Shown: in pieces, positions 9,858 to 20,177 of the stretch
Position numbering within the stretch: position 1 is the stretch's first letter
Layout: each line of letters opens with the position of its first letter
Source of the DNA: Gemmatimonadales bacterium
GTDB lineage: Bacteria > Gemmatimonadota > Gemmatimonadetes > Gemmatimonadales > GWC2-71-9
Direction of reading: 5' to 3'
NCBI GenBank assembly: GCA_046596135.1
Contig: JBKJMX010000083.1
Span: 180-64,179 of the forward strand
DNA: 64,000 bases
Made by a program: the position numbers and the translations under genes
The notes under the pieces: generated by a model
Told to the model about the DNA's origin: nothing
What the model saw: only the letters and a program-made list of their open reading frames with translations
The model's database searches: none

Positions 9858-10820
9858 ATGTCCCACCCCGCCGTTCATGTGGATCACGTCACCAAGCGCT
9901 TCTCGGGCCACACCGCCGTGAGCGACCTCTCGATGGAGGTCCCCGCTGGCGGGATCTTCGGCCTGCTCGGCCCCAACGGCGCCGGGAAGTCGACGACGAT
10001 CCGCATGATCATGGACATCATCGAGCCCGACGAGGGCACGGTGAAGCTGTTCGGGATGAAGGGAACCGGGCGGGAGCTCTCCGACCGGGTCGGCTACCTC
10101 CCCGAGGAACGCGGGCTGTACAAGGAGATGAAGGTGTTCGACCACCTGGTCTTTCTTGCCGAGGCGAAGGGAATCCGACGGGCAGACGGGAAGAAGCGGT
10201 CGCTGGCATGGCTCGACCGGCTCGGCATCGCCGACTGGGCACAAAAGAAGGTCGAGGATCTCTCCAAGGGGATGCAGCAGAAGGTCCAGTTCGCCGGTGC
10301 GCTCCTCCACGATCCTGAGCTGCTGATCCTCGACGAGCCGTTCAGCGGCCTCGACCCGGTCAACTCCCAGGTACTAAAAGACGTGGTCGTCGACCTGGCG
10401 CGGAACGGGCGCACTGTCCTCTTCTCGACGCACATCATGGAGCAGGCCGAGCGGATGTGTGACCGGATCGTGATCATTGCGCGCGGCCAGAAGGTGGTCG
10501 ACGGCACGATGGCCGACGTGAAGCGGGAGGCGGGCGGGCGACATGTAGCGCTCGCCTTCTCGCACGACAAGGAGAAGGCGCTCCGCGTTTTGGCCGACCC
10601 CAAGCTCGTTGCGCGGACCGATGACTACGGTGCCAGTGCCGAAGTGGAGATGGCGGATGGCGCCAACCCCGAGGCGTTGCTCGCGTTGCTGGTGCAGGAG
10701 GGCGTAGGGCTGAGCCGGTTCGAGATCGTTGAGCCGTCGCTGCAGTCGATCTTCATCGCCAAGGTGGGCGACGCACAGGTGGCACACCGCAGTGAAGCCA
10801 ACGGGAGGGCTGCGTCATGA
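9858..10820 (+). CDS. ABC transporter ATP-binding protein (ABC-2/NatA-like)
   Basis: Walker A GPNGAGKST, signature LSKGMQQK and Walker B LLILDEPFSGLD. Start moved to the ATG at 9858. Confidence 0.9.
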   Translation: MSHPAVHVDHVTKRFSGHTAVSDLSMEVPAGGIFGLLGPNGAGKSTTIRMIMDIIEPDEGTVKLFGMKGTGRELSDRVGYLPEERGLYKEMKVFDHLVFLAEAKGIRRADGKKRSLAWLDRLGIADWAQKKVEDLSKGMQQKVQFAGALLHDPELLILDEPFSGLDPVNSQVLKDVVVDLARNGRTVLFSTHIMEQAERMCDRIVIIARGQKVVDGTMADVKREAGGRHVALAFSHDKEKALRVLADPKLVARTDDYGASAEVEMADGANPEALLALLVQEGVGLSRFEIVEPSLQSIFIAKVGDAQVAHRSEANGRAAS

Positions 10821-12130
10821 ACAAGACCTTCGCGGTGATTCGTCGTGAGTTCGTTGCTCGGGTGCATACCCGCTCGTTCCTGATTTCGACACTGCTAGTG
10901 CCGGTATTCTTCGTCGCCATCATGGTGATTCCCGCGATGATGATGACTGGCACCAGTCGCAGCATGAGAGTTGCGATCGTCGATGGCACGACCAGCGATG
11001 TTGGCGCGCGCATCGAATCGCGCATGGCGCTTGAAAAGCTGGGTGATTCGGTGTCCATGCCTCGCTATACGGTGACCAGGGTTCCTGCCGCCGAGCGCGT
11101 CGATGACGTGCGCGATTCAATGGTGGCACTCACGGGGCTGGGCAAGAAGCGAGAGATCGAGTCATTCGATGGCGTGCTCGTGGTGCGCGACGACGCGCTC
11201 GAAACCGGTGAGCTCGAGTACTACGGTACCAATGTCGGATCGCCCGAGGCGATGGGCCGCCTCGAGAATGTTCTCAGGCAGGTTGTGACCGGTACCCGGT
11301 TCGAGCAGAGCGGCATCGAGCCCGCCGTGGTGGCCCGCGCCATGGAGCGAGTCAACGTCTCGACGCACAAGGTCACCGACGGCAAGGCCACCGGTGAGAG
11401 CGGTGGCGCCTCGTTCATCATCGCATACGCGATGGGGTTCATCCTCTACTTCGGCGTGTTCATGTATGGCCAGCAGACGATGACATCGGTGGTAGAGGAG
11501 AAGACGTCGCGCATCATGGAGGTGCTCGCGTCGTCGCTCACCCCGTTCCAGATGCTGCTCGGCAAGGTGCTCGGCGTCGGCATCACCGGGCTGCTGCAGA
11601 TGGGGATCTGGGGAACCACGATCTTCCTCGTCACGTCGCAACGAGCCCGCCTCGCCTCACTCGTGGGCGTGAGTCCCGATGCGATGCAGCAGATGCCCAT
11701 CCCGACAATGCCGATCGATCTGCTCGTTGTCTTCCTGATCTATTTCGCACTCGGCTTCCTGCTCTATGGTGCGCTCTTCGCCGCGATCGGATCGATGTGC
11801 AATTCCGTCAAGGAAACACAGCAATACGCGAGCGGCGTGATGATGCTGATCGTGTTCGGCTTCTTCGGTGTGTTCGCAATGATCAACGATCCGACCGGCG
11901 GGATCGGCATGGTGATGTCGTACGTGCCGTTCTTCTCGCCGTTCGTGATGCCGGTGCGCTGGTCGCTCGCGTCGGTGCCGCTGCACGAACTCGCACTGTC
12001 GATCGGCGCGATGATCGCGGCACTCGTCGGGGTGTCGTGGCTCGCCGGCCGGATCTATCGCACCGGCATCCTGATGTACGGCAAGAAGCCGTCGTGGAGC
12101 GAGCTCTTCCGCTGGGTGCGCGCGGGGTAG
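10817..12130 (+). CDS. ABC-2 type transporter permease (NatB-like)
   Basis: ATGA overlap with the ATPase gene. One N-terminal TM, a large extracytoplasmic loop, then 5 C-terminal TMs, as in ABC-2 permeases. Confidence 0.85.
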   Translation: MNKTFAVIRREFVARVHTRSFLISTLLVPVFFVAIMVIPAMMMTGTSRSMRVAIVDGTTSDVGARIESRMALEKLGDSVSMPRYTVTRVPAAERVDDVRDSMVALTGLGKKREIESFDGVLVVRDDALETGELEYYGTNVGSPEAMGRLENVLRQVVTGTRFEQSGIEPAVVARAMERVNVSTHKVTDGKATGESGGASFIIAYAMGFILYFGVFMYGQQTMTSVVEEKTSRIMEVLASSLTPFQMLLGKVLGVGITGLLQMGIWGTTIFLVTSQRARLASLVGVSPDAMQQMPIPTMPIDLLVVFLIYFALGFLLYGALFAAIGSMCNSVKETQQYASGVMMLIVFGFFGVFAMINDPTGGIGMVMSYVPFFSPFVMPVRWSLASVPLHELALSIGAMIAALVGVSWLAGRIYRTGILMYGKKPSWSELFRWVRAG

Positions 12131-12149
12131 TTCACGCACTGACAGCGGG

Positions 12150-12505
12150 TGGCGGGGGGTCCGTCACGCGGTCTACGGCTTCGGGCACTGGCTCGCGGGT
12201 CGCGACCCGCCGCTTGGTCGGACTTACTCCGCGCGCCTCGCTTCCCTCGGGAAGCGAATGGCGCATGCGGCGGGGGCGCGCGGAAGAGAAGTCCTCCCGC
12301 CGCAGCGCGCCGCGAACCCGCTTGCCCTGACCACTGGAATGCGCGAACCCCGATTGCGGCGAGGGACGCGGGGTCCGGCAGAGGAGGCTCGGACCATAAC
12401 GGTGCCGAATGGGCGGGCTTCCGAGCCGACGGTTGTCGGACTCCCCGCGCCCGAGACCGCGTGACGTATGGTCGTCCGTTCTCCGTTCTCCGTTCTCCGA
12501 CAGAT
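12150..12505 (-). repeat. Composite intergenic mosaic repeat, copy C (partial; approximate bounds)
   Basis: GTCCGTCACGCGG at 12159; unit A in the opposite orientation to copies A and B (about 12376-12436); CGCGTGACG; then GTTCTCC x3 (12476-12498). I see no clear unit B. Confidence 0.75.
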
Positions 12506-12518
12506 CTATCTTTCCCGC

Positions 12519-14405
12519 ATGCACGACCACGACGTCATCGTACTCGGCGGAGGCCACGCCGGCACGGAAGCCGCAACTATGGCCGCGCGTCGCGGTGCGC
12601 GCGTGATGCTGCTGACCCAGCAACTCGAAACCATCGGCCAGATGTCGTGCAACCCCGCGATCGGCGGGATCGCCAAGGGCACCGTAGCCCGCGAAGTCGA
12701 CGCGCTCGGTGGCATCATGGGTCGCGCCACCGACCGCGCGATGCTGCAGTTTCGCATGCTCAATCAGAGCAAGGGCCCGGCAGTCGCAAGTCCGCGCGCC
12801 CAGTGCGACCGCGCACTGTATCGCAGTGCCGTGAGGCACCTTCTCGAATCCGTCCCGTCGAAGCACCCGATTCATTTGGTGCAGGGAACCGCCGTTCAGT
12901 TTCTCCTGAAACAAGACCGTGTGGCGGGCGTGGTCACGAGCGATGGCAGGCGCTTCGAGGCGCGCGCCGTGGTGATCACCACCGGCACGTTCCTGCGGGG
13001 CCAAATTCACGTGGGCACTCACCTCACGATTCCCGCGGGACGGGCCGGTGAGCCGCCCTCCGTTGAGATATCGCAACATCTTTCGGCACTGGGACTTACG
13101 GTCGAACGCTTCAAGACGGGAACGCCTCCGCGGGTGGATGGACGGACAGTCGATTTCAGCGCCCTGCAGCGACAGGATGGTGATCCGGCCCCGTACTGGT
13201 TTTCCTTTCACGAGCGCGCGCCCCATCCCGAGCCGATGCCCTCGTGGCTCACGTGGGCCGGCGAGCCGGTGAAGGACTTGGTCCGGCGGCACATCGCCGA
13301 GTCGGCTCTATATGGTGGAGCGATCTCGGGAGCGGGCCCCCGTTACTGCCCGAGTGTCGAGGACAAGATCGTGAAGTTTCCCGACGCACCTCGGCACCAG
13401 GTATTTCTGGAGCCCGAGGGTCGCGATACCGCCGAGCTCTATGTCGGCGGGCTCTCAACGTCGCTGCCCCCTGATGTCCAGCTCGCGATGCTCCGCCTCG
13501 TGCCAGGGCTTGAGGCGGTTGCTATGACTCGCCCCGGATACGCCATCGAGTACGACTACCTCCCTCCGACCCAATGCGACGCCACTCTCGCAATTCGTGG
13601 TGTCCCCGGCCTCTACTCGGCGGGCCAAATCAACGGCACCACGGGATACGAGGAGGCCGCAGGGCAGGGCGTCGTGGCTGGCCTCAACGCCGCGGCGCAC
13701 GCCCTCGACCTTGAACCGGTGCGGCTCGGCCGCGACGAGGCGTACTGCGGCGTGCTGGTCGACGATCTCGTTACCCGTGGAGTCGACGAGCCCTACCGGC
13801 TCTTCACCTCGCGCGCCGAACATCGACTCCTCCTCAGACAGGACAACGCACTGCGGCGGCTGGCCCCGGTCGCCACTCGGCTCGGGCTCTGGTCCGACGA
13901 TGAGCGACGTACTGCGGAGGCGCGGCTGGAGGCGGAGGAAGCCGTGCACAAGCTCGCGGTGGATACGGTTATCTCTCCGTCGGAAGCCGCGCCGTTGCTG
14001 GCTTCCGCCGATTCCGACCATCTCTCTGAACCGGTGCGGGTGGTGGAGCTGGTGAAACGCCCGGGCATCCCGCTGGGCGCTGCGCTGGCGGCGGCTGGGG
14101 TAGAGGTCGACGCCGAGCACGCCGAATGGGCCGCGATCGAGATCCGCTACGCAGGATACCTAGCCAAGGAACGGGACGCGGCGGCCAAGCTGCGTCGGCT
14201 CGAGGCCTCCCCGCTGCCCGCGGACCTTGAATACGCCGGGTTCGAGCAGCTCTCGATCGAGGCCAGGCACAAGCTGGCCGCAGTTCGACCCACTACGATC
14301 GCCCAAGCAGGGCGGATCCCCGGCGTTTCACCGGCCGACCTCCAGCACCTCCTCGTAGCGGTGATGCGCCGGGACCGCCGTGTTTCACGTGAAACGCCCG
14401 CGTAG
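12519..14405 (+). CDS. mnmG: tRNA uridine-5-carboxymethylaminomethyl(34) synthesis enzyme MnmG (GidA)
   Basis: FAD motif DVIVLGGGHAGTEAA, followed by MSCNPAIGGIAKG, GPRYCPSVEDK and GQINGTTGYEEAA. Start at the ATG at 12519. Confidence 0.95.
   Translation: MHDHDVIVLGGGHAGTEAATMAARRGARVMLLTQQLETIGQMSCNPAIGGIAKGTVAREVDALGGIMGRATDRAMLQFRMLNQSKGPAVASPRAQCDRALYRSAVRHLLESVPSKHPIHLVQGTAVQFLLKQDRVAGVVTSDGRRFEARAVVITTGTFLRGQIHVGTHLTIPAGRAGEPPSVEISQHLSALGLTVERFKTGTPPRVDGRTVDFSALQRQDGDPAPYWFSFHERAPHPEPMPSWLTWAGEPVKDLVRRHIAESALYGGAISGAGPRYCPSVEDKIVKFPDAPRHQVFLEPEGRDTAELYVGGLSTSLPPDVQLAMLRLVPGLEAVAMTRPGYAIEYDYLPPTQCDATLAIRGVPGLYSAGQINGTTGYEEAAGQGVVAGLNAAAHALDLEPVRLGRDEAYCGVLVDDLVTRGVDEPYRLFTSRAEHRLLLRQDNALRRLAPVATRLGLWSDDERRTAEARLEAEEAVHKLAVDTVISPSEAAPLLASADSDHLSEPVRVVELVKRPGIPLGAALAAAGVEVDAEHAEWAAIEIRYAGYLAKERDAAAKLRRLEASPLPADLEYAGFEQLSIEARHKLAAVRPTTIAQAGRIPGVSPADLQHLLVAVMRRDRRVSRETPA
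14381..14396. promoter_or_regulatory. parS centromere-like site (TGTTTCACGTGAAACG)
   Basis: 15 of 16 match to the canonical parS TGTTTCACGTGAAACA. It lies in the last codons of mnmG, 200 nt upstream of parA. Confidence 0.8.
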
Positions 14406-14457
14406 GTGCTCCCGCACTTAAAAGTCACTCCGGTCGGCGCGGAGCGTCCGCTCATCG

Positions 14458-14473
14458 CGTTTCACGTGAAACG
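14458..14473. promoter_or_regulatory. parS centromere-like site (CGTTTCACGTGAAACG, perfect palindrome)
   Basis: The 14-nt core GTTTCACGTGAAAC is identical to the parS consensus. The site is intergenic between mnmG and parA. Confidence 0.8.
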
Positions 14474-14595
14474 TCCATCGTTGTGACGGAATCGCCCGCC
14501 GCGGCGTCCTTCCTCGCAGAGTCACCTTCTCCAGTCTGCGGAAAAGGCCTATCTTTTCGAAGTTGCACGACACCCCCAGACCAAAGAGACGCTAG

Positions 14596-15399
14596 ATGGC
14601 CCGGACGATCGCGATTGCCAATCAGAAGGGTGGAGTCGGGAAGACCACTACCGCCGTGAACCTCGCCGCATCGCTGGCGATTGCGGAGCGGCGCACCCTG
14701 CTGATTGACGCCGACCCGCAAGGCAATGCGACCTCCGGGTTGGGCGTCGACAAGGCTGAAGTGGCGGGATCCCTCTACGATGTGCTGATCGAAGGCGCCA
14801 CGATTGCCAGTGTCGTCCGGACCGACCCCCAGCTTCCGTTCCTGGATGTGCTGCCAGCCACCCAGGATCTGGTCGGCGCTGAGATTGAGTTGATCAACAC
14901 CGAGCGCCGGGAAGAGGTGATGCGCCGGGCGCTCGAGTCGGTGGTCGGCGAGTACGAATTCATCCTTATAGACTGCCCGCCGTCGCTCGGTCTCGTGACG
15001 CTGAATGTGCTCACTGCAGCCGACGCTGTGATCATTCCGATCCAGTGCGAGTACTACGCGTTGGAGGGTATCTCTCAGCTACTAAATACGATACGCCTCG
15101 TCCAGCAGAACTTCAATCCCGATCTGCAGATCGATGGCGTACTGCTGACGATGTACGACGCACGTCTCAATCTGTCACGTCAGGTGGTAACCGAGGCACG
15201 GGAGTACTTCGGCCCGAAGGTCTTCCGCAATGTGATCCCCCGCAACGTCCGCCTCGCCGAGGCCCCGTCGTTCGGGAAGCCGATCCTGCTGTATGACCTC
15301 CAGTCGGCTGGCGCCAAGAGTTACCTGTCGGTCGCGCAGGAGCTCACCAAGCGCACCGACGCACTGTCGCGTTCGGGCGCACGGGGGGCTGCGTCATGA
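14596..15399 (+). CDS. parA: Chromosome partitioning ATPase ParA/Soj
   Basis: Deviant Walker A IANQKGGVGKTTT. parB follows with an ATGA overlap. Confidence 0.93.
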   Translation: MARTIAIANQKGGVGKTTTAVNLAASLAIAERRTLLIDADPQGNATSGLGVDKAEVAGSLYDVLIEGATIASVVRTDPQLPFLDVLPATQDLVGAEIELINTERREEVMRRALESVVGEYEFILIDCPPSLGLVTLNVLTAADAVIIPIQCEYYALEGISQLLNTIRLVQQNFNPDLQIDGVLLTMYDARLNLSRQVVTEAREYFGPKVFRNVIPRNVRLAEAPSFGKPILLYDLQSAGAKSYLSVAQELTKRTDALSRSGARGAAS

Positions 15400-16283
15400 G
15401 TGGGAAGCGACTGGGTCGTGGTCTCGAAGCACTGCTCGGGCCGATGTCTCGGGAGGTGAGCGAACAGAGCGGCACGCTGCGCGAAATTCCCGTCACTTCG
15501 ATCAGTGCGAACCCCTGGCAGCCACGCCGTTCGTTCGATGCCGACGCGCTCACCGAGCTGACCGCGTCGATCGATGCATCGGGATTGTTGCAACCAATCT
15601 CTGTGCGTCCCGTCGGTGCGCGCTTCGAACTTGTTGCCGGTGAGCGTCGCTGGCGCGCCGTACAGGCACTAGGCTGGAGCAAGATCCCCGCGATCGTTCG
15701 CGAACTCGACGACCGCACTGCGCTCACGCTCGCGATGATCGAGAACCTGCAGCGCGACGATCTTTCGGCGCTCGATGAGGCGCTCGGATATCAGCGCCTG
15801 ATGCAGGAGTTCACGATGCCGCAGGCGGAAGTGGCGCGCCTTGTCGGTAAGGATCGATCAACGGTGTCCAATACGTTGCGCCTGCTCAAGCTTCCTGCCG
15901 ACGTGCAGGAGATGCTGCAGGAGAAGCAACTCACCGAGGGTCACGGTCGTGCGCTCCTCGGCCTCGACGACGCTGCGGAGATGTCACGCGTTGCGGCTGA
16001 TGCGGTGACCCATGGATGGTCGGTGCGCGAGGTCGAGGCCAAGGTGCGCGGTGACGGCGTCGAACAGGCACGCCCCCGCAACATGATGAAGAAGCAGGCT
16101 GCGCAGAAACCCGCGAGCGCCGATGCGCGGCGTGTCGAGGATGCCCTCCGCAAGCGACTCGGTACCGACGTGCGGCTCACCGCCAAGCGTCGCGGCCGCG
16201 GTCTGCTGTCGATCTCCTACTATTCAAATGACGACCTCACGCGCGTGCTCGAACTGATTCTGGGGAAGCCCTTCGACGGATGA
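15396..16283 (+). CDS. parB: Chromosome partitioning protein ParB/Spo0J
   Basis: ParB-box motifs GERRWRA and IENLQRDDLS, and the HTH region QAEVARLVGKDRSTVSNTLRLL. Confidence 0.93.
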   Translation: MSGKRLGRGLEALLGPMSREVSEQSGTLREIPVTSISANPWQPRRSFDADALTELTASIDASGLLQPISVRPVGARFELVAGERRWRAVQALGWSKIPAIVRELDDRTALTLAMIENLQRDDLSALDEALGYQRLMQEFTMPQAEVARLVGKDRSTVSNTLRLLKLPADVQEMLQEKQLTEGHGRALLGLDDAAEMSRVAADAVTHGWSVREVEAKVRGDGVEQARPRNMMKKQAAQKPASADARRVEDALRKRLGTDVRLTAKRRGRGLLSISYYSNDDLTRVLELILGKPFDG

Positions 16284-16439
16284 CCGCGGCTCCCCGGTCG
16301 CCCCACGGCTCGCTCTGTGCGTGCATGGCTAGCCCGATCCAGACGTCGAAGTAGGACTGGCGGACGGATCCGCGTGGCGGCAGCCAACCCCTGCCGACAC
16401 AGCCCAACCAGTATCGACGTGCAACCGGGAGAAGTGCGG

Positions 16440-19109
16440 ATGCGATGGAAGCTGTCTGGCATGACCACACTCGCGTTGGGCATCCTGCCTGCAGCGCTTG
16501 GCGCACAGACGCGAATCGATACTGTGGTCGCAGGGCCACACTACCACGTCAACGGATTCGTCCGAATGCTCGCCGGTACCAACTGGCGTGAAGTATGGAA
16601 GGCGTCGATCGCCGTCCCCGTACTCGACCTCGGCAGCTATGCCGGTGGCATTGTCCCGTTCAAGCAGGGTGGTAACCAGAGCAAGACACTCCGGTTCCAC
16701 GGCGCTGACGGGCAGACCTACGTCTTCCGGTCGACTGACAAGGACACCCATAACGCCCTGCCCAAGGATCTCGCGAACACCCCCGTTGGTGCGGTGATCC
16801 AGGACCAGAGCAGCGCGTTCCACCCGACGGCGCACCTCGCGGTCGCGGTGTTCCAGGAACGCCTTGGTCTCCTTCAGGCTGTTCCCACCCTCTACGTGAT
16901 GCCCGACGATGCGCGACTCGGCGAGTTCCGGAAGGACTTCGCCGGTAAACTCGGCCAGATGGAGCTTCGTCCCGAGGAAGCCGAGGATAGCGATCACGTC
17001 TCTTTTGGTGCGGAAGCGATCGACGGTTCCGACAAGGTGCTTGAGGAACTCGAGGAGAGTCTCGATCGGGAGATCAACATCCGCGAGTACCTCACGGTCC
17101 GATTGCTCGACTTCCTGATCAACGACACCGATCGCGGTGCCGATCAGTTGCGCTGGGCGCGCTTCGATCATGGTGACTACGACACCTATCGTCCGATCCC
17201 GCGCGACCGCGACTACTCGTTCATGAACGCCAACGGCTTCATCGTGCACGTCGCGCGTGGGTCGTTGCCGAAGGTGCAGGCGTTCAAGACCACGATGCCC
17301 AAGGTGAGCTCGCTCACGTTCATGACCCGCGATTTCGATCGCTCGGTGTTTGCCGGACTGCCCTGGAGCACATGGGATTCTGTCGTCACCGCGATCACCA
17401 CAACGCTCGACGATGCAACCATTCGCGAAGCCGTGAGCAAGACGCCGCTGGGACATTTCAAGGTCAATGGCGAGCAGGTGATCGAGACGCTCAAGGGCCG
17501 TCGTGCCGGGCTCCGCGCCCATGCGCAGGAGTTCTACAAGATGGTGAGTGGCGAGGTCGACATCTTTGCGAGCAAGGAAGACGACATGGCGGTGATCGAC
17601 CGTCACCCCGATGGATCGGTGGCGGTTCGCTTGTACAGTGAAGACCAGGTCAAGAAGCCGGAGGCCGGTCGTCGCGCTGCCTTCGACCGCACGTTCATCC
17701 CCGCAGAGACCAGTGAGATCCGGGTCTATATGGACAAGGGTGACGACAACGTGATCGTACGTGGCAACGCAGCGAAGAGCATCAAGCTGCGCGTGGTCGG
17801 TGGCGGTGGCGACGATATGCTGGTGGATTCCTCGCGGGTGGCCGACGGCAAGGGTATCACGGTGTTTTACGATGCGCACGGGAAGAATCAGTTCTTCCGC
17901 GGCGCCGGGACCACCGTGAACGAGAAGGAGTACTACACCTACCAGCCGAAGAAGGAACGCGAGTCGAAGTTCGAGGAGGAGGATTGTCACAAGGACGGCA
18001 AGGATGACGAGGTCTGCGAGGAGCGTCGTGGTCGCTTCCAGGACCTGACGAACACGGGCAAGGGATTCGTCGAGGAGAAACTGCAGGGCGGGCACCGCTA
18101 CTTTGGCGGCAGGACCTCCCTCGGGCCCGCCGTCGGCTGGGTTGACGGTACCGGCGCGGTGCTTGGGCTGACCCGCGAGGTGATCGATTACGGCTTCCGC
18201 CACGACCCGTTCAACCACAAGCGGAACTTGACGGTCCTCTATGGACCGGGCAACAACCGGTACGGCGCGTACTTCAACGCTGAGGTCAATCCCGAGAACT
18301 CGGTGATGACGTATGCCATCGAGGCGCGAGGCACCCGGCTTGCCTCCGACCGTTTTGCAGGATTCGGCAACGATACGCCACTGCTCGACGCCGAGACGAT
18401 GCTGGTTCGTCGCGATGAATACTTCGTGCACCCCACCGTACGGGTGAACGTCGGCTCGGCCAAGTGGTTCGCGCTCGGTCCGGTCGTGCGATACATCAAG
18501 GCCGATCCGCAGGCGGGTAGCCCCGCGGCGCTGCTGCTGCCCGATGCGCAGGAGCCATACGGCCAGGTGGGCGGACAGTTCGACCTGAACTTTGATGGCC
18601 GCGACGACCACTCGTATCCGACCCGGGGTTACACGCTGCGGGGCGGTGCCTCGTTCTTCCCAGCGACCTGGGACGTGCCGACGGCGTACTCATCGACGCG
18701 CCTTCAGGCCACCGCGTACCTCCCGCTGGGTGGTCCGGTGATCGCCTTGCGGGCGGGTGGCATCAAGGTGTTCGGCGATGTATTTCCGCTCCACGACGCC
18801 GCCAACCTCGGTGGCAGCCAGTCGGTCCGCGGCTTTCGCGGGGAGCGTTTCGTCGGCGATGCCGAAGCCCATGGATCGGTCGAACTCAGGATCCCGCTGG
18901 GGCGGATCACGCTGCTCACCCGCGGCACGATGGGTGTCTTCGGTCTCGCCGATGCGGGACGGCTCTGGTATCAGGGCGAATCGGCCGGTGGCTGGCACAC
19001 CGGATTCGGCGGCGGGCTCTCCTTCTACACCCTTGGCACCGCGCTCAGCGTCGCGTATGCTCGGGGCGAACAGGGACGCTTCTACGTCAAGCTGGGGATG
19101 CCCTACTGA
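16440..19109 (+). CDS. Large outer-membrane protein: about 600-aa N-terminal region of unknown function plus a C-terminal Omp85/bacterial-surface-antigen-type beta-barrel
   Basis: Signal peptide MRWKLSGMTTLALGILPAALGAQ. The C-terminus (GGSQSVRGFRGERF...GGGLSF...FYVKLGMPY) matches the Omp85-family barrel end. Start at the ATG at 16440. Confidence 0.72.
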   Translation: MRWKLSGMTTLALGILPAALGAQTRIDTVVAGPHYHVNGFVRMLAGTNWREVWKASIAVPVLDLGSYAGGIVPFKQGGNQSKTLRFHGADGQTYVFRSTDKDTHNALPKDLANTPVGAVIQDQSSAFHPTAHLAVAVFQERLGLLQAVPTLYVMPDDARLGEFRKDFAGKLGQMELRPEEAEDSDHVSFGAEAIDGSDKVLEELEESLDREINIREYLTVRLLDFLINDTDRGADQLRWARFDHGDYDTYRPIPRDRDYSFMNANGFIVHVARGSLPKVQAFKTTMPKVSSLTFMTRDFDRSVFAGLPWSTWDSVVTAITTTLDDATIREAVSKTPLGHFKVNGEQVIETLKGRRAGLRAHAQEFYKMVSGEVDIFASKEDDMAVIDRHPDGSVAVRLYSEDQVKKPEAGRRAAFDRTFIPAETSEIRVYMDKGDDNVIVRGNAAKSIKLRVVGGGGDDMLVDSSRVADGKGITVFYDAHGKNQFFRGAGTTVNEKEYYTYQPKKERESKFEEEDCHKDGKDDEVCEERRGRFQDLTNTGKGFVEEKLQGGHRYFGGRTSLGPAVGWVDGTGAVLGLTREVIDYGFRHDPFNHKRNLTVLYGPGNNRYGAYFNAEVNPENSVMTYAIEARGTRLASDRFAGFGNDTPLLDAETMLVRRDEYFVHPTVRVNVGSAKWFALGPVVRYIKADPQAGSPAALLLPDAQEPYGQVGGQFDLNFDGRDDHSYPTRGYTLRGGASFFPATWDVPTAYSSTRLQATAYLPLGGPVIALRAGGIKVFGDVFPLHDAANLGGSQSVRGFRGERFVGDAEAHGSVELRIPLGRITLLTRGTMGVFGLADAGRLWYQGESAGGWHTGFGGGLSFYTLGTALSVAYARGEQGRFYVKLGMPY

Positions 19110-19161
19110 GGAGTGACCGCGTGTCGGTGATCTCGTCGAACTCGCTGCACCGGGTCGCCCG

Positions 19162-19929
19162 GTGAAGGATTCGCCACTCGACGAGATCGTCGACTACCTG
19201 GACGCCTACCTGCGCGTGGCGGACATGCCCGATGAGGCGGGTGCACTCAACGGGCTGCAGGTCGAGAACAGTGGGCAGGTGACGTCGGTCGTCGCGGCGG
19301 TCGATGCGACGCAGCGCACCATCGACCGCGTGGTTGCCGAGTGCGAGCCAGGCGCGCTGGTGCTGGTGCATCACGGCCTCTTCTGGGACGGCAACCAGCC
19401 GATTGCTGGCCGGCGCTATCACCGGGTGAAGGCGCTCCTCAATCACGACATCGCCCTCTACAGCGCGCACATCCCGCTTGATGCCCACCCCGAGGTGGGC
19501 AACAACGCGGTGCTCGCCCGCATGCTCGGCATCCTCGATCCGGTGCCGTTCGATGAGTACCGCGGGATGCCGTTCGGTGCCTCGGGCCACCTCATCATGT
19601 CACGCGAGCGCCTGGTCGAACTGGTCTCCGAGGTGCTCGGTGCGCCGGTGCACCTGATCGCGGGTGGTCCGGAAACGACCACTCGTGTCGGCGTGATCAC
19701 GGGTGGTGCCGGCGGACGCATCGGTGCGGCATCGCGCGCCGGTCTCGATACCTTCATCACCGGCGAGGGCGCGCATCACACCACGTTCGACGCACTGGAA
19801 TCGGGAATCAACGTTCTCTACGCCGGTCATTACGCAACTGAAACCGTTGGCGTGAAGGCGCTCGCCGAGCACCTCGGACAACGCTTCGGGATGCGCTGGA
19901 ACTTCCACGATCATCCCACCGGGCTCTGA
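19162..19929 (+). CDS. Nif3-like dinuclear metal center protein (YbgI/GTP cyclohydrolase 1 type 2 homolog)
   Basis: NGLQVEN, LVHHGLFW, LYSAHIPLDAH and YAGHYATE motifs typical of the NIF3 family. GTG start. Confidence 0.88.
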   Translation: MKDSPLDEIVDYLDAYLRVADMPDEAGALNGLQVENSGQVTSVVAAVDATQRTIDRVVAECEPGALVLVHHGLFWDGNQPIAGRRYHRVKALLNHDIALYSAHIPLDAHPEVGNNAVLARMLGILDPVPFDEYRGMPFGASGHLIMSRERLVELVSEVLGAPVHLIAGGPETTTRVGVITGGAGGRIGAASRAGLDTFITGEGAHHTTFDALESGINVLYAGHYATETVGVKALAEHLGQRFGMRWNFHDHPTGL

Positions 19930-20177
19930 CTCATTCGCCGTGCAGGAAGCATTGCCCCTCGCGCAACCGGTGTACCCTGCCGTATTGTTCTGGCACGGTA
20001 CGCGTGACGTGTTGCGGACCGTTCCATCGACACGATGTGATGGCGGCAGCGGTGGGCGATCGCGGTGACTCTCCCTGGGAGGCTCCAGTCACTGTGATCG
20101 TTCCTGCTGACGAATGGTGCATCCCCCGGCATCGCAACACGTCCCCGTCGGTATCCTCACCAACCGTCGAGTGTACA

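Noticed and set aside
14405-14596. The mnmG-parA spacer as oriC.
   Set aside because: I found no cluster of DnaA boxes or an AT-rich unwinding element. Only the parS sites are supportable.
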